Positions 35,646 to 45,298 of a stretch of 50,448 bases of DNA are shown here, piece after piece; within the stretch, counting starts at the first letter, position 1, and the number at the start of each line of letters is the position of its first letter. A program made the position numbers and the translations under genes. Source of the DNA: an uncultured Thermoplasmatales archaeon (GTDB taxonomy: Archaea; Thermoplasmatota; E2; UBA202; JdFR-43). The stretch lies in NCBI GenBank assembly GCA_964612535.1, contig CAZTDS010000001.1, positions 1 through 50,448 of the forward strand, read 5' to 3'. The notes under the pieces were generated by a model. It made no database searches, had not been told where the DNA came from, and worked only from the letters and a program-made list of their open reading frames with translations.

Positions 35646-36149
35646 TCAATATTCCAAGCCACTCTCAGCTTCTTTTCCAGTATCATAATAATGCTTCACT
35701 TTTTTCATTTCCGTCGCAACATCTGCCAAATCAATTAATTTTTGGGGAGCATTTCTTCCTGTTAGCACCATATGGGTGTCTCCTCTATTTTTCAATAAGC
35801 GAATGATATCATCAATGCTTAAAAGCCCCATGAAGAGAGCAACATTCACTTCATCAAGGATAAGCATGAATGGCTTTTCATGCAATTTTGTTTTTGCAAA
35901 TTCTAAGGCATTTCTTGCAAGTTCAAAATCTTCCTCATCCGGCTCAAAAACAAATTCCCTCTTACCAAACTGATATATCTCTATATTTTCCATTTCTTTA
36001 AGTGCCTTTATCTCGCCGTACATCCCCTTTTTCAAGAATTGAATAATCACAACCTTTTTTCCATGTCCCGCCGCCCTTAAAGCCATTCCTATGGCAGCTG
36101 TGGTTTTTCCCTTACCATCCCCTGTAAAAACAAAAATATTGCCACTCAT
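35646..36149 (-). CDS. cobO: CobA/CobO/BtuR-type ATP:cob(I)alamin adenosyltransferase
   Basis: VFTGDGKGKTTAAIGMALRAAGHGKKVVIIQFLK, LDEVN, VLTGRNAP, MKKVKHYYDTG. Confidence 0.88.
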   Translation of the reverse strand: MSGNIFVFTGDGKGKTTAAIGMALRAAGHGKKVVIIQFLKKGMYGEIKALKEMENIEIYQFGKREFVFEPDEEDFELARNALEFAKTKLHEKPFMLILDEVNVALFMGLLSIDDIIRLLKNRGDTHMVLTGRNAPQKLIDLADVATEMKKVKHYYDTGKEAESGLEY

Positions 36150-36676
36150 TTTTTGAGAAAATTCTTTATCCTTTCCATTCCCTCGTCGCTAACAGCATTT
36201 GCAATTTCCTCCATCGATGCCTTCTTTAAATCTTCTATTCCTGTTATTCCTATTTTGAAAAGAGCTTCTGCATCCTTCCTGTCCACAACCTTTTCCAGTT
36301 CCTTTATAATTTTCTCCCTATTTAAGTAGTTCTCGATAGCCTTATGCAGCCCCTCCGCCGCCAAATTACTGCAATGCATCTTGATTGGCGGGAGCCCCTC
36401 CAAAGCTTCGGCAATATCCTTTTTGCTTATTTTCATTGCCTCTTCAAGCGTTTTTCCCTTTGCAAGTTCACTTATCATCGAAGAAGTTGCTATAGCGGCG
36501 GCGCAGCCCATTGTTTCCCATCCGATTTTCTCTATTTTTCCGTCCTTGACTTTGATATAAATGTACATTACATCTCCGCAAACAGGGTTGCCTACTTTGC
36601 CTACTGCATCTGCATCTTCCAGTCTTCCTTTATTGCGGGGATTCAAAAAGTGGTCCATTACTTTTTTGGAATACAT
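36146..36676 (-). CDS. iscU: IscU/NifU-N-type Fe-S cluster scaffold with about 55-aa C-terminal helix-hairpin-helix-like extension
   Basis: Three scaffold Cys contexts: NPVCGDVM, MGCAAAIATSS, HCSNLAAEGL. Extra tail ...ALFKIGITGIEDLKKASMEEIANAV.... The track start at 36685 is TTG; ATG is at 36676. Confidence 0.87.
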   Translation of the reverse strand: MYSKKVMDHFLNPRNKGRLEDADAVGKVGNPVCGDVMYIYIKVKDGKIEKIGWETMGCAAAIATSSMISELAKGKTLEEAMKISKKDIAEALEGLPPIKMHCSNLAAEGLHKAIENYLNREKIIKELEKVVDRKDAEALFKIGITGIEDLKKASMEEIANAVSDEGMERIKNFLKK

Positions 36677-36677
36677 T

Positions 36678-37838
36678 TTATCCAAGCTGCTTTTCAGTTA
36701 TTATTTTCAATGCCTTTGGAATTTTCGTTACCTCTCCGAGGGCTGTGGCAACAATTTTTTTCACTTTATTTTCATATGCATTATCTATGAGGCGCTGAGT
36801 AACTATGCCATCGAATATCACAACGGCTGGTTTCTCCTTCGCAATCTCCTCCAGCATTTTTTCTGTCTCCACTCTTTTAATTTCCTCTCCCTTTTCATCC
36901 AGAAATACTGCAGTGTGATTGCCCTTTATTTCATCAAGTATCTCCTTGTATCTTCCATACTCTCCCTCTGCCTTTCTCTTTTTCTCCTTCTTAATCCCTG
37001 CATTCTCCATGTACTGGTCAGCTGGCACCTTATTCTTCAAAGCCTTCATTATAAGTTTGTATGAAAGTTCTTCCACCTCTCTTGTAGGTGGTGCCCTTGC
37101 CACAAAATCAATGTCTGCAACCTGAAGGAGTTCTCGAAGCACCAATTCTCCTCCTCTATCTCCATCCACAAAGGCTGTGGCTATCTTCTCATTGCATAAA
37201 TCTATAATTGTTTTCGGTATGCTCGTTCCCTCCACAGCTATCGCATTTTTTATCCCGTGCTTCAACAAATTAACAACATCATTCCTTCCTTCAACAATTA
37301 TTATCGCATCACTTTTGTCAATGTTGGGGCCAGCAGGAAGGCGCTCCGGGCCATAGTATGTTATTTCCTCCACCTGCACCGACTGCTTTATCTCCTCTGC
37401 CAGATCAGGCATTTCCTCCTTGCTCTGTTTTATCATCTCCTGCAAAATCTGCTTCGCTCTTTCCACAAGTTTCTTCCTTTTTGATATTCTTATGTCCTCA
37501 ACTTTCTCGACTTTAATTTCTGCCTTGCATGGCCCTATTCTATCAACACTCTCAATGGCAGCAGCCACTATCGCTGTTTCCACTTTCTCCAGCGCAGATG
37601 TGAGAGTTAGCTCGCCCTCGCTTTTGCCGCCACTCTGTTTCAATTCCACTTCAATTCTTCCTATCCTTGCAGATTTCTGCAAATCTCTCAAATCGAGCTC
37701 CTCGCCCATTAGGCCTTCTGTCTGTCCAAAAATTGCTCCTATTACATCGCTTCTATCAACTATTCCATCCACCTTTATTTTAGCCTTAATCAAATATTTT
37801 GCCGCTGAAGGATCCAATGACAATGATATCACCTCCAA
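36678..37838 (-). CDS. dnaG: archaeal DnaG primase (TOPRIM; exosome-associated)
   Basis: N-terminal KYLIKAKIKVDGIVDRSDVIGAIFGQTEGLMGE. TOPRIM IIIVEGRNDVVNLLKHGIKNAIAVEGTS and FVDGDRGGE. The apparent start is TTG at 37838; there is no nearby ATG. Confidence 0.9.
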   Translation of the reverse strand: MEVISLSLDPSAAKYLIKAKIKVDGIVDRSDVIGAIFGQTEGLMGEELDLRDLQKSARIGRIEVELKQSGGKSEGELTLTSALEKVETAIVAAAIESVDRIGPCKAEIKVEKVEDIRISKRKKLVERAKQILQEMIKQSKEEMPDLAEEIKQSVQVEEITYYGPERLPAGPNIDKSDAIIIVEGRNDVVNLLKHGIKNAIAVEGTSIPKTIIDLCNEKIATAFVDGDRGGELVLRELLQVADIDFVARAPPTREVEELSYKLIMKALKNKVPADQYMENAGIKKEKKRKAEGEYGRYKEILDEIKGNHTAVFLDEKGEEIKRVETEKMLEEIAKEKPAVVIFDGIVTQRLIDNAYENKVKKIVATALGEVTKIPKALKIITEKQLG

Positions 37839-37881
37839 TGAATCAATGCTTTAATGCCAACCATTATTAAAATCTTGTGCA

Positions 37882-38352
37882 TCAATCTTTACTCAATTTC
37901 CACAATTCATCTCCTATATGATGTATATTCTTCACTGCCTTCCCCTTTCTTGCGGCAACCATTTCCTTGCCATCCATTAATGCTATACCAACAGCAAGCG
38001 GCAGGCCCCGCATATCACTTACCCATACAACATCTCCTTCCGCTATGCTTTCATCTGCATCAACAACGCCAGGCGCCATGACATCTGCTCCATTCAAAAT
38101 GAATTTTATTGCTCCATCATCCACAGTTACTTTTCTTTTATTTGCTTTGAATCTTTTCAGTCCTTCCACATTTAGGAAGGGTATATCATCAATAAAAAAA
38201 CCATATATTTTGCCATCTATAAAAAGGAGTTTCCATTCCTTGTATTCTGCAATTTCCATTTCCCCTTCTACATTACATCCTAAAATCTTTTCGAGTTTTT
38301 CTGTTAATTTTTTTACATCTTTTTTCTTCAGCGCATGTCTATTTTTGAACAT
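37882..38352 (-). CDS. PUA-domain RNA-binding protein (Tma20/MCT-1-like)
   Basis: C-terminal PUA signature VTVDDGAIKFILNGADVMAPGVV...GDVVWV...LPLAVGIALM. Confidence 0.8.
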   Translation of the reverse strand: MFKNRHALKKKDVKKLTEKLEKILGCNVEGEMEIAEYKEWKLLFIDGKIYGFFIDDIPFLNVEGLKRFKANKRKVTVDDGAIKFILNGADVMAPGVVDADESIAEGDVVWVSDMRGLPLAVGIALMDGKEMVAARKGKAVKNIHHIGDELWKLSKD

Positions 38353-38382
38353 AAAGTTAAAAGTGGCAGAAATACAAAAAGG

Positions 38383-40035
38383 TTAGCTCTTTTGCCTGCA
38401 TTTCAAGCTTCTGAGGCGATTGAGAGCGAAAGCAACTTCATATTTACGTGGCTCTGCATATTCTCCTTTTGGAGGAAGCATTGCTATAATCCTTCCATCT
38501 ATTTCATCCATGACTTCTCTGATGCTTTTATATTTAAAATCTCCTGCAATTTTATGAATTATATCTCCTATTGCCTTCACCTGCCCCCCCTCAACTATTT
38601 GTTCCACCTTGCTCAAATCTATGGTGTATTTTCCAAACTGTAGTTTGCTCATATCTGGAGCCTTGATTTTTATCCTTTCTCTTATATAAGGATCTATTGT
38701 CTCTGGTAAGGGGTAGCGATCCCTCACCTTAATTTCTCTCGCCCTCTCTTTCTTGCGCATACTGCCGAATTTTGTTGCAATTTCTTTCGCCTTTTCTGTA
38801 ACATCTTTTGCCACATATTCATCCATCATTATAACCAAATCTGCAACATCAAAATATTCCCCTATACCGCCGGCAATCATTATTATACTTACTCCAAAAC
38901 TACGAAGAGACGGAATCATATCTATGATGGGTGTAATCGGCTCTTTTTCTTTCGGAACAAGCTCCTGCATTCTTCTATCGCGCAGCATCAAATTGGTTGC
39001 CGACGTGTCTTCGTCAATCAGCAAAAGTTTTGCGCCCACTTCCAATGCCTCGCAAATATTTGCTGCCTGGCTGGTGCTTCCAGAGGCGTTGGTTGTGCAA
39101 AAATTGGAGGTGTCTGTGCCGTTGGGAAGGTGAGATATAAAACTTGATATATCAACGTTTGCCACATACCTTCCATCTTCAGCCCTTATTTTTACAGCAT
39201 CTTCTCTTGTAATTACAAACTCTCTGCCATCTCCGGGCACATGATTGTATATGCCTTTTGCTATTGCATCAAGTAATGTGGATTTTCCATGATATGCACC
39301 ACCTACAATGAGTGTAACTCCTTCTTTTATTCCCATGCCCCTTACACTGCGATTTGGACATTCAAATTCTACTTCCAAACTATCTGGAGATTTGAATGGA
39401 ATGGCTTTGCGGAGTGGTTTTTCTGAGATACCGCTTTCCCTTGGTAAAATCGAATTGTTGGCGACGAATGCAACCAAGCCATACTTCCTCAAATTTTTTC
39501 TTATAAAATCAGCATCCTCTGCAATTTTCACATGCTCAAGAATTTTTTCATGCTCAGCCTTATTGTACTTAAGTGATTTCTCCACAATTTCTGGCAAAAT
39601 TTCGAAAAATATTTTCTCCGCCTCTTTTGCCACTATTTTTCTGCCATGCGCTGGCAAACCAACATAAAACCTTGCTTCTATATTTTCGCTCGCCACAACG
39701 CTGCTCCTTTTCAAAATCTGCTGTCCAGGTTTTAATATGGTTATTATGCCACTTTTTCCACTCCCCTTCCTCTTGCTTTTTCCACTCGCCGCTTCATAAA
39801 ATGCCCTCGTAAGATAATCTTCAAATGCAATCTTTCTACTTTCATTCAGATAAAACTCCTCAGGAAACATATTCGGAATAACAATCCTGCAGGCAGAGGG
39901 AGGGGCAAATGGATCGCTCTGGACATGCTCAATGAAGAGAATGTAATCTCCAAAGTTATATCTCCCCTCAATCTCTTTATATGCTTTGTATCCTCTGCCA
40001 TTTATTTTACGTAATCTGTCCCTTAATTTTCTCAT
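38383..40035 (-). CDS. ABC_ATPase-family (predicted ABC-class ATPase) protein of unknown function
   Basis: N-terminal RGYKAYKEIEGRYNFGDYILFIEHVQSDPFAPPS, Walker A VGGAYHGKSTLLDAI, LLIDEDTSATNLM. Trimmed to ATG at 40035 because the track start is TTG. Confidence 0.75.
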   Translation of the reverse strand: MRKLRDRLRKINGRGYKAYKEIEGRYNFGDYILFIEHVQSDPFAPPSACRIVIPNMFPEEFYLNESRKIAFEDYLTRAFYEAASGKSKRKGSGKSGIITILKPGQQILKRSSVVASENIEARFYVGLPAHGRKIVAKEAEKIFFEILPEIVEKSLKYNKAEHEKILEHVKIAEDADFIRKNLRKYGLVAFVANNSILPRESGISEKPLRKAIPFKSPDSLEVEFECPNRSVRGMGIKEGVTLIVGGAYHGKSTLLDAIAKGIYNHVPGDGREFVITREDAVKIRAEDGRYVANVDISSFISHLPNGTDTSNFCTTNASGSTSQAANICEALEVGAKLLLIDEDTSATNLMLRDRRMQELVPKEKEPITPIIDMIPSLRSFGVSIIMIAGGIGEYFDVADLVIMMDEYVAKDVTEKAKEIATKFGSMRKKERAREIKVRDRYPLPETIDPYIRERIKIKAPDMSKLQFGKYTIDLSKVEQIVEGGQVKAIGDIIHKIAGDFKYKSIREVMDEIDGRIIAMLPPKGEYAEPRKYEVAFALNRLRSLKCRQKS

Positions 40036-40210
40036 CGTGTATATAGATGGCGTAAATTTAGAATTTGTGTAAGTTGAGGAGCAGGAAGCACATCCCTCTG
40101 GCACATTCAGGAAAAGCAAATGAAGGATTGGAAAAAGGATATTATTCAAGCAATTCTATTTATTGGCTTTGGCAACCATTATCTGAAAGAAGATAAGTGA
40201 AGCGAAGTTA

Positions 40211-40284
40211 TGGGCCCGCCGAGATTTGAACTCGGGTCTATGACTCCCGAAGCCACAAGGATAACCAAGCTACCCCACGGGCCC
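40211..40284 (-). tRNA. tRNA-Pro (anticodon CGG)
   Basis: Hand-folded. Acceptor GGGCCCG/CGGGCCC; anticodon stem GTGGC/GTCAT (two G-U pairs) with loop TT-CGG-GA; T arm CCGAG-TTCAAAT-CTCGG; discriminator A. Confidence 0.9.
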
Positions 40285-40336
40285 TACCCATAATTAGATG
40301 GTAGCTTTTAACTTTTTACGTCATTTAACATAGTAT

Positions 40337-41542
40337 TTACAAAGTTTCTATCTCAGTTGCTCCTATTTCGCTGCTGTTCCTTGGTTTGAACAGGCTGAAT
40401 ATAAGCACATCTACACTCTGGCTATCCTCCAAGCCAGCCGCATCATAAGCAACAACAGTAAGATTTTTGTTTCCAAAAGCGCCTCCCCATTTCCACTGAT
40501 ATGGAGGTGTGGTTATATTTGCCATTTCTGTTCCATCAACGAAAAACTTAACATTCATCACACCTATATTATCTGTTGCATTTGCCTCAACTGTTATCTT
40601 GCCTATTATAATTGTTTTCCTGAATGTTGGAAGTATGCCTCTGCCAAAAACATACAGTCTTTTTTCCTGTGGAGTTGTAAGCTCAATCGATGGGGCTGTC
40701 TTATCTATTTTTATGGTAACATTTTTTACACTTTCAACATTTCCAGCCTCATCATCTGAATAAAATTCGAGGAGATGGACACCTTCATCACTTATTGTAA
40801 ACGGTTCTTCATAGATGCTCCAGTTTCCTCCATCAAGCCTGTAATATGTTGCATTTACCCCGCTCACCGTTTCATTAACTGAAAGCGTAACAGTCACATT
40901 GCTCACAAACCATCCATTGCTGCCCATCGTACCATTAAGTTCGGCGGTTGTAATTGGTGAAGATGTATCCACTGTTATCTGGCATGTATCCGTGGCATAA
41001 GCACCAAAATCATCTGTAACATTCAATGTAACAGTATATGTTCCATCATTCGCATATGTATGCTGCACTACTTTGCCTGTACCTGTTGTGCCGTCTCCGA
41101 AGCTCCAGTGCCAAGCGACAATTTCTCCGTCTGGATCATAGCTTTCCGAGCCATTGAATTCAACAGTTCTTGTTGTTACAATCCTATCAGGACCAGCATT
41201 TGCAACAGGTGGCTGATTTGCAATCGTTATCTCCTTTTCTGCCACATCTGCCGTAACATTACCGCTTATATTCCATACAACAACAAGGGTAACAGTATAG
41301 GTGCCTGGTCTAGCATACTGATGTGTTGGATTTTTCTCAACGGAACCATTTCCATCCCCAAAATACCATACTCTTTCCTCTATATCTGTCTGGGGTGTGG
41401 ATTGGTCATAAAAATGCACAACATCAGCAGTGCTTGGTTCGGCTGGTTCCCATGTAAAATCGGCGGTTGGGCCATCTAAAGCGCTGGATAGACTGACGAG
41501 CAAGACACCCACCAATATTGAAACAACGACGGCTTTATTCAT
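40337..41542 (-). CDS. secreted surface protein, paralog of 21549-22949 (2 PKD domains, 1 Ig-like repeat, C-terminal Ig-like module)
   Basis: Signal peptide MNKAVVVSILVGVLLVSLSSA. WYFGDGNGSVEKNPTHQYARPGTYTVTL and WSFGDGTTGTGKVVQHTYANDGTYTVTLNV. YYRLDGGNWSIYEEPF...HLLEFYSDDEAGNVES. Trimmed to ATG at 41542. Confidence 0.8.
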   Translation of the reverse strand: MNKAVVVSILVGVLLVSLSSALDGPTADFTWEPAEPSTADVVHFYDQSTPQTDIEERVWYFGDGNGSVEKNPTHQYARPGTYTVTLVVVWNISGNVTADVAEKEITIANQPPVANAGPDRIVTTRTVEFNGSESYDPDGEIVAWHWSFGDGTTGTGKVVQHTYANDGTYTVTLNVTDDFGAYATDTCQITVDTSSPITTAELNGTMGSNGWFVSNVTVTLSVNETVSGVNATYYRLDGGNWSIYEEPFTISDEGVHLLEFYSDDEAGNVESVKNVTIKIDKTAPSIELTTPQEKRLYVFGRGILPTFRKTIIIGKITVEANATDNIGVMNVKFFVDGTEMANITTPPYQWKWGGAFGNKNLTVVAYDAAGLEDSQSVDVLIFSLFKPRNSSEIGATEIETL

Positions 41543-41602
41543 TTTTATCCCTAATACAGTTATGTTGAACAGGTTTTTAAGTATATCGATGGCTAACATG
41601 TT

Positions 41603-42094
41603 TCAATCTCTCTTCAGATAAATTGCCTTTTCTCTCAATTCCTGTTTCATTTCCTCCAGTTTTTCCATATCTTTTTCATCAACTTTCCTTATTTCTCTTG
41701 CCGGCGTTCCTGCTACCATGGTATATGGCGGCACATCTTTCGTTACCACAGCACCAGCTGCTATTATGCTATTTTCACCCACACTAACTTCAAGAACAAC
41801 TGCACCTATTCCTACAAGCACATTCTTACCTATGATTGACCCATGAACTATAGCTCCATGAGAAATTATGCTCCCCTCCCCGATAACGACTTTTCTTGGT
41901 GCCTCAATAAATGCCTTCTCAAGTATGGCAACGTCTCTTTCCACAATGACTGGCTCATCATCTGCCCTTATCAAAGCATGTGGCCATATACTTGCTCCGT
42001 CGCCAACAATAACATTTCCCATAATCAGCGCTGCTTCATCCACAATGGCATTTTCCGCCACCACTGGCTTCTTTCCCTTAAATTCTCTTATCAT
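41603..42094 (-). CDS. gamma-carbonic-anhydrase-like left-handed beta-helix (hexapeptide repeat) protein
   Basis: [36 protein letters not shown]... matches the YrdA/PaaY/CaiE family pattern. Confidence 0.85.
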   Translation of the reverse strand: MIREFKGKKPVVAENAIVDEAALIMGNVIVGDGASIWPHALIRADDEPVIVERDVAILEKAFIEAPRKVVIGEGSIISHGAIVHGSIIGKNVLVGIGAVVLEVSVGENSIIAAGAVVTKDVPPYTMVAGTPAREIRKVDEKDMEKLEEMKQELREKAIYLKRD

Positions 42095-42947
42095 TTTTGA
42101 TAAGCTCCGCTATTTCATGCGGGAATCTCGCCACTTTTACGCCCGCCTCCTCAAATGCTTTTATCTTCGATTCTGCCGTTCCTTTTCCTCCGCTTATAAT
42201 TGCGCCAGCATGCCCCATTCTTTTGCCGGGCGGCGCCGTCCTCCCAGCAATATATGCATAAACTGGTTTGGTGACGTTCGATGCTATATATTCTGCAGCT
42301 TCTTCCTCAGCAGTTCCCCCTATTTCGCCAACCAAAACTATCGCCTTCGTTTTCTCATCATCTTCAAAGGCTTTCAGAGCATCTATGAATGTTGAGCCTA
42401 TGATTGGATCGCCTCCTAAACCAACACATGTCGATTGTCCAAAGCCTGCCTGGCTGAGTGCATTGACTATTTCATATGTTAGTGTGCCAGAGCGGGAGGC
42501 AACGCCTATATTGCCCTCCTTAAATATAACATTTGGAAGTATGCCAATCTTTGTTTTTCCAGGAGATGCAATGCCTGGGCAATTTGGTCCTATGACTCGC
42601 GCCCCTTTATATTTCGCATAATGAACAAATTGCATTGTATCGTGGAAAGGGATGTTTTCTGTTATAACAACCACAAGCTTTATCCCCGCATCTAACGCTT
42701 CAATAACCGCATCTTTGGCGAAGGGCGCCGGAACAAAAACAATACTTGCATTTGGCTCTCTTTCCATTGCTTCCTCAACACTATCATAGACAGGCACTCC
42801 ATGAACTTGCTGCCCTCCCTTGCCAGGCGTCACTCCAGCAACTATTTTTGTTCCAAATTCCATCATTGCCTTTGTATGAAATTGTCCCTGATGTCCTGTT
42901 ATGCCCTGCACAAGCAACCTTATATTTTCATCTGCCCATATTGCCAT
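42078..42947 (-). CDS. sucD: succinate--CoA ligase (ADP-forming) alpha subunit
   Basis: [33 protein letters not shown], phosphohistidine context [13 protein letters not shown]. Confidence 0.92.
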   Translation of the reverse strand: MAIWADENIRLLVQGITGHQGQFHTKAMMEFGTKIVAGVTPGKGGQQVHGVPVYDSVEEAMEREPNASIVFVPAPFAKDAVIEALDAGIKLVVVITENIPFHDTMQFVHYAKYKGARVIGPNCPGIASPGKTKIGILPNVIFKEGNIGVASRSGTLTYEIVNALSQAGFGQSTCVGLGGDPIIGSTFIDALKAFEDDEKTKAIVLVGEIGGTAEEEAAEYIASNVTKPVYAYIAGRTAPPGKRMGHAGAIISGGKGTAESKIKAFEEAGVKVARFPHEIAELIKNDKRI

Positions 42948-42948
42948 T

Positions 42949-44019
42949 TCAATCCCTCCCTAATTCTGCCGCCTTTCTGGCGGCTTCCTGAAATGATTCG
43001 ACAGCAATAACATAGCCGGAGAGCATTTCTCTTGCGACATCCTCATTCATTCCCTTAATACGGGCAACAACCGGGCAATCTAACTTATGTTCTTCCATAA
43101 ATTCTATGATGCCTCTCGCCACTGTATCACATTTTGTTATCCCTCCAAACAAATTCAGCAATATGACTTTCGGCTTTGCCTTTGCCATCAGTTCAAATGC
43201 CTGTTTCACCTTTTCAGGATCATCTGTCCCTCCCAAATCGAGGAACACTCCTCCTTTTCCATCAAATTCATTTAAAGCATCGAGCGTCGCCATTGTCAAG
43301 CCGGCGCCATTTGCAATTACGCCGATGTTTCCATCAAGCTGAACAAATGCAATTCCTTTTTCCCTCGCCTCCTTTTCAAGAGGTGTGAGTTCAACATCCT
43401 CTTTTGGCAACTCAGGATGGCGGTATAGAGCGTTGTTATCTATGATGACCTTCGCATCTGCAGCTATTGCCCTTCCATTTGAAATTGCAAGTGGATTTAT
43501 TTCAGCAAGCTCGCAATCATTTTCTATGAAAAGGCGAAATAGATTTGTCGCTATATTTCTAGCCTCTTTTGGAATTCGTCTCAAATGGTATGGTTGCAGC
43601 CCGATGAGAGGATTTATATTCGTCTTTATAACTTTCTCAGCCATTGCCTCTATATCCACTCCTCCCTCTGGCGAGAACATCATGAGATACTCCCTGCTGC
43701 TCCTGTCAAGGAAAAAACTCAGATAATACTCTTTTTCAATATTTATTTTTTCTTCGATGAGTATTTTCCTTACTTTTTCCCCTTTTATCTCCATGTTCAT
43801 TAACTCATCAAAAATTTTTTCTGCTTCTTCCATATTCTCTGCAAATTTTATTCCGCCTGCTTTTCCTCTTCCTCCGACAAGCACCTGCGCCTTCATTACC
43901 CACGGGAAGGGAATATCTATGTTATGCAGCTCATCTTTGGACGAAATTACTTTGCCCTTAGGGGTATCGATGCCATATTTTTTAAAAAGCTCCTTGCCAG
44001 CATATTCAAGCAATTTCAT
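42949..44019 (-). CDS. sucC: succinate--CoA ligase (ADP-forming) beta subunit
   Basis: [25 protein letters not shown]-grasp [40 protein letters not shown]. Confidence 0.9.
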   Translation of the reverse strand: MKLLEYAGKELFKKYGIDTPKGKVISSKDELHNIDIPFPWVMKAQVLVGGRGKAGGIKFAENMEEAEKIFDELMNMEIKGEKVRKILIEEKINIEKEYYLSFFLDRSSREYLMMFSPEGGVDIEAMAEKVIKTNINPLIGLQPYHLRRIPKEARNIATNLFRLFIENDCELAEINPLAISNGRAIAADAKVIIDNNALYRHPELPKEDVELTPLEKEAREKGIAFVQLDGNIGVIANGAGLTMATLDALNEFDGKGGVFLDLGGTDDPEKVKQAFELMAKAKPKVILLNLFGGITKCDTVARGIIEFMEEHKLDCPVVARIKGMNEDVAREMLSGYVIAVESFQEAARKAAELGRD

Positions 44020-44081
44020 GCTTGTGGAAATGCAACTCCATTTTTATAATTTTGTGAAGTCCAAAATTTATTTTTATTCAA

Positions 44082-45278
44082 ATGGAATATGTGTTTGTGA
44101 GGCATGGATTTGTTTGCATAACAATGTTTGTCGTATTGCTGCTCGCATTTGCATTTAAAGTGGAGGGAAAAATAATAGTTGTGGATAGCAGCGGAAATGG
44201 AGATTATAAGGATTTGCAGAAAGCTATAAATGAATGTAGCGAGGGAGATAAAATAGTGGTGATGGCCGGGGAATATGGAAGCGTTGTCATAAATAAATCA
44301 ATATCAATGGAAGGGGAAAATGCCACACTTTATGGCATTGAAATAAATGCAAATAATGTCGACATATCCGGTTTCATAATAAAGGATGGTTATTATGCTG
44401 TGGATATCGCTGGCAACAATAATATTATCGAGAACTGCACCATATTCAACAATTCTCATGGGATAAACATTGAAGGCGATGGAAATAAAATAATTCACAA
44501 TAAAATTTTCAGGAATAGTTACGAGGGCATAAATTTGGATTATGCAGATAATAATGAGATAAAGGGCAATGAAATATACAGGAACGCATGGGGCATTTAT
44601 ATGCAAAAATCCAATAACAATATCATTTACATGAATATAATAAAGAATAATCATGAAGGTATAGTAATTCAGGGAGGAAAGAAGAATATTATCAGGATGA
44701 ATAATATAACTGGAAACGAGTATAAGGGCATACACTTATGCTGCAAAAGCGAGAGAAATCACATTTTCAATAATAATTTCATAGGAAATAAAAACAATGC
44801 ATACTGTTATGGTGGCATAAATTATTGGGATAATGATGGCATGGGCAATTACTGGGATGATTATGATGGTGAAGGAGGATATGAGATATCTTCCGGAAAT
44901 GTTGATGAATTTCCTGCTGAAAAACCATTTGCTATAAACATATCCCATTCATATCACATCTACATACTCTCTCCTCAGCCAGGAGAAAAGGTAAAAGGCA
45001 AGATTATTGTAAGAGGTATAGCAGAAAAGGAGGCAAGAGTTAAAATAAAAATCGATGATGGAGAATGGCAAAATGCAAGCGGAACCCTGTTATGGTATGC
45101 AGAAATAGACACAACAGAGTTATCCAATGGAGAACACACCATATACGCAAGGTGTGGAAATGCAACAACTTCTTGTACCATTTATGTTGAAAATGAAAAA
45201 GGTATGCCATCCTTCACATTCATCACCTTTTTTGCAGCTTTTATAATCATATTTCTGAGCCATAAAAGATTTAAATGA
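44082..45278 (+). CDS. secreted right-handed parallel beta-helix (NosD/CASH-like) protein with C-terminal Ig-like module and TM anchor
   Basis: GDYKDLQKAINECSEGDKIVVMAGEY. Repeated N-x-I-x-x-N units (NNIIENCTIFNNSHGINIEG..). C-terminal GKIIVRGIA...IDDGEWQNA, then hydrophobic FTFITFFAAFIIIFL. Confidence 0.75.
   Translation: MEYVFVRHGFVCITMFVVLLLAFAFKVEGKIIVVDSSGNGDYKDLQKAINECSEGDKIVVMAGEYGSVVINKSISMEGENATLYGIEINANNVDISGFIIKDGYYAVDIAGNNNIIENCTIFNNSHGINIEGDGNKIIHNKIFRNSYEGINLDYADNNEIKGNEIYRNAWGIYMQKSNNNIIYMNIIKNNHEGIVIQGGKKNIIRMNNITGNEYKGIHLCCKSERNHIFNNNFIGNKNNAYCYGGINYWDNDGMGNYWDDYDGEGGYEISSGNVDEFPAEKPFAINISHSYHIYILSPQPGEKVKGKIIVRGIAEKEARVKIKIDDGEWQNASGTLLWYAEIDTTELSNGEHTIYARCGNATTSCTIYVENEKGMPSFTFITFFAAFIIIFLSHKRFK
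45270..45276 (+). promoter_or_regulatory. putative BRE/TATA for tRNA-Trp
   Basis: AAAAGA-TTTAAAT centred about 26 nt upstream of the tRNA 5' end at 45299. Overlaps the stop codon of the preceding CDS. Confidence 0.4.
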
Positions 45279-45298
45279 AATTGGATATTACGCTTTGT

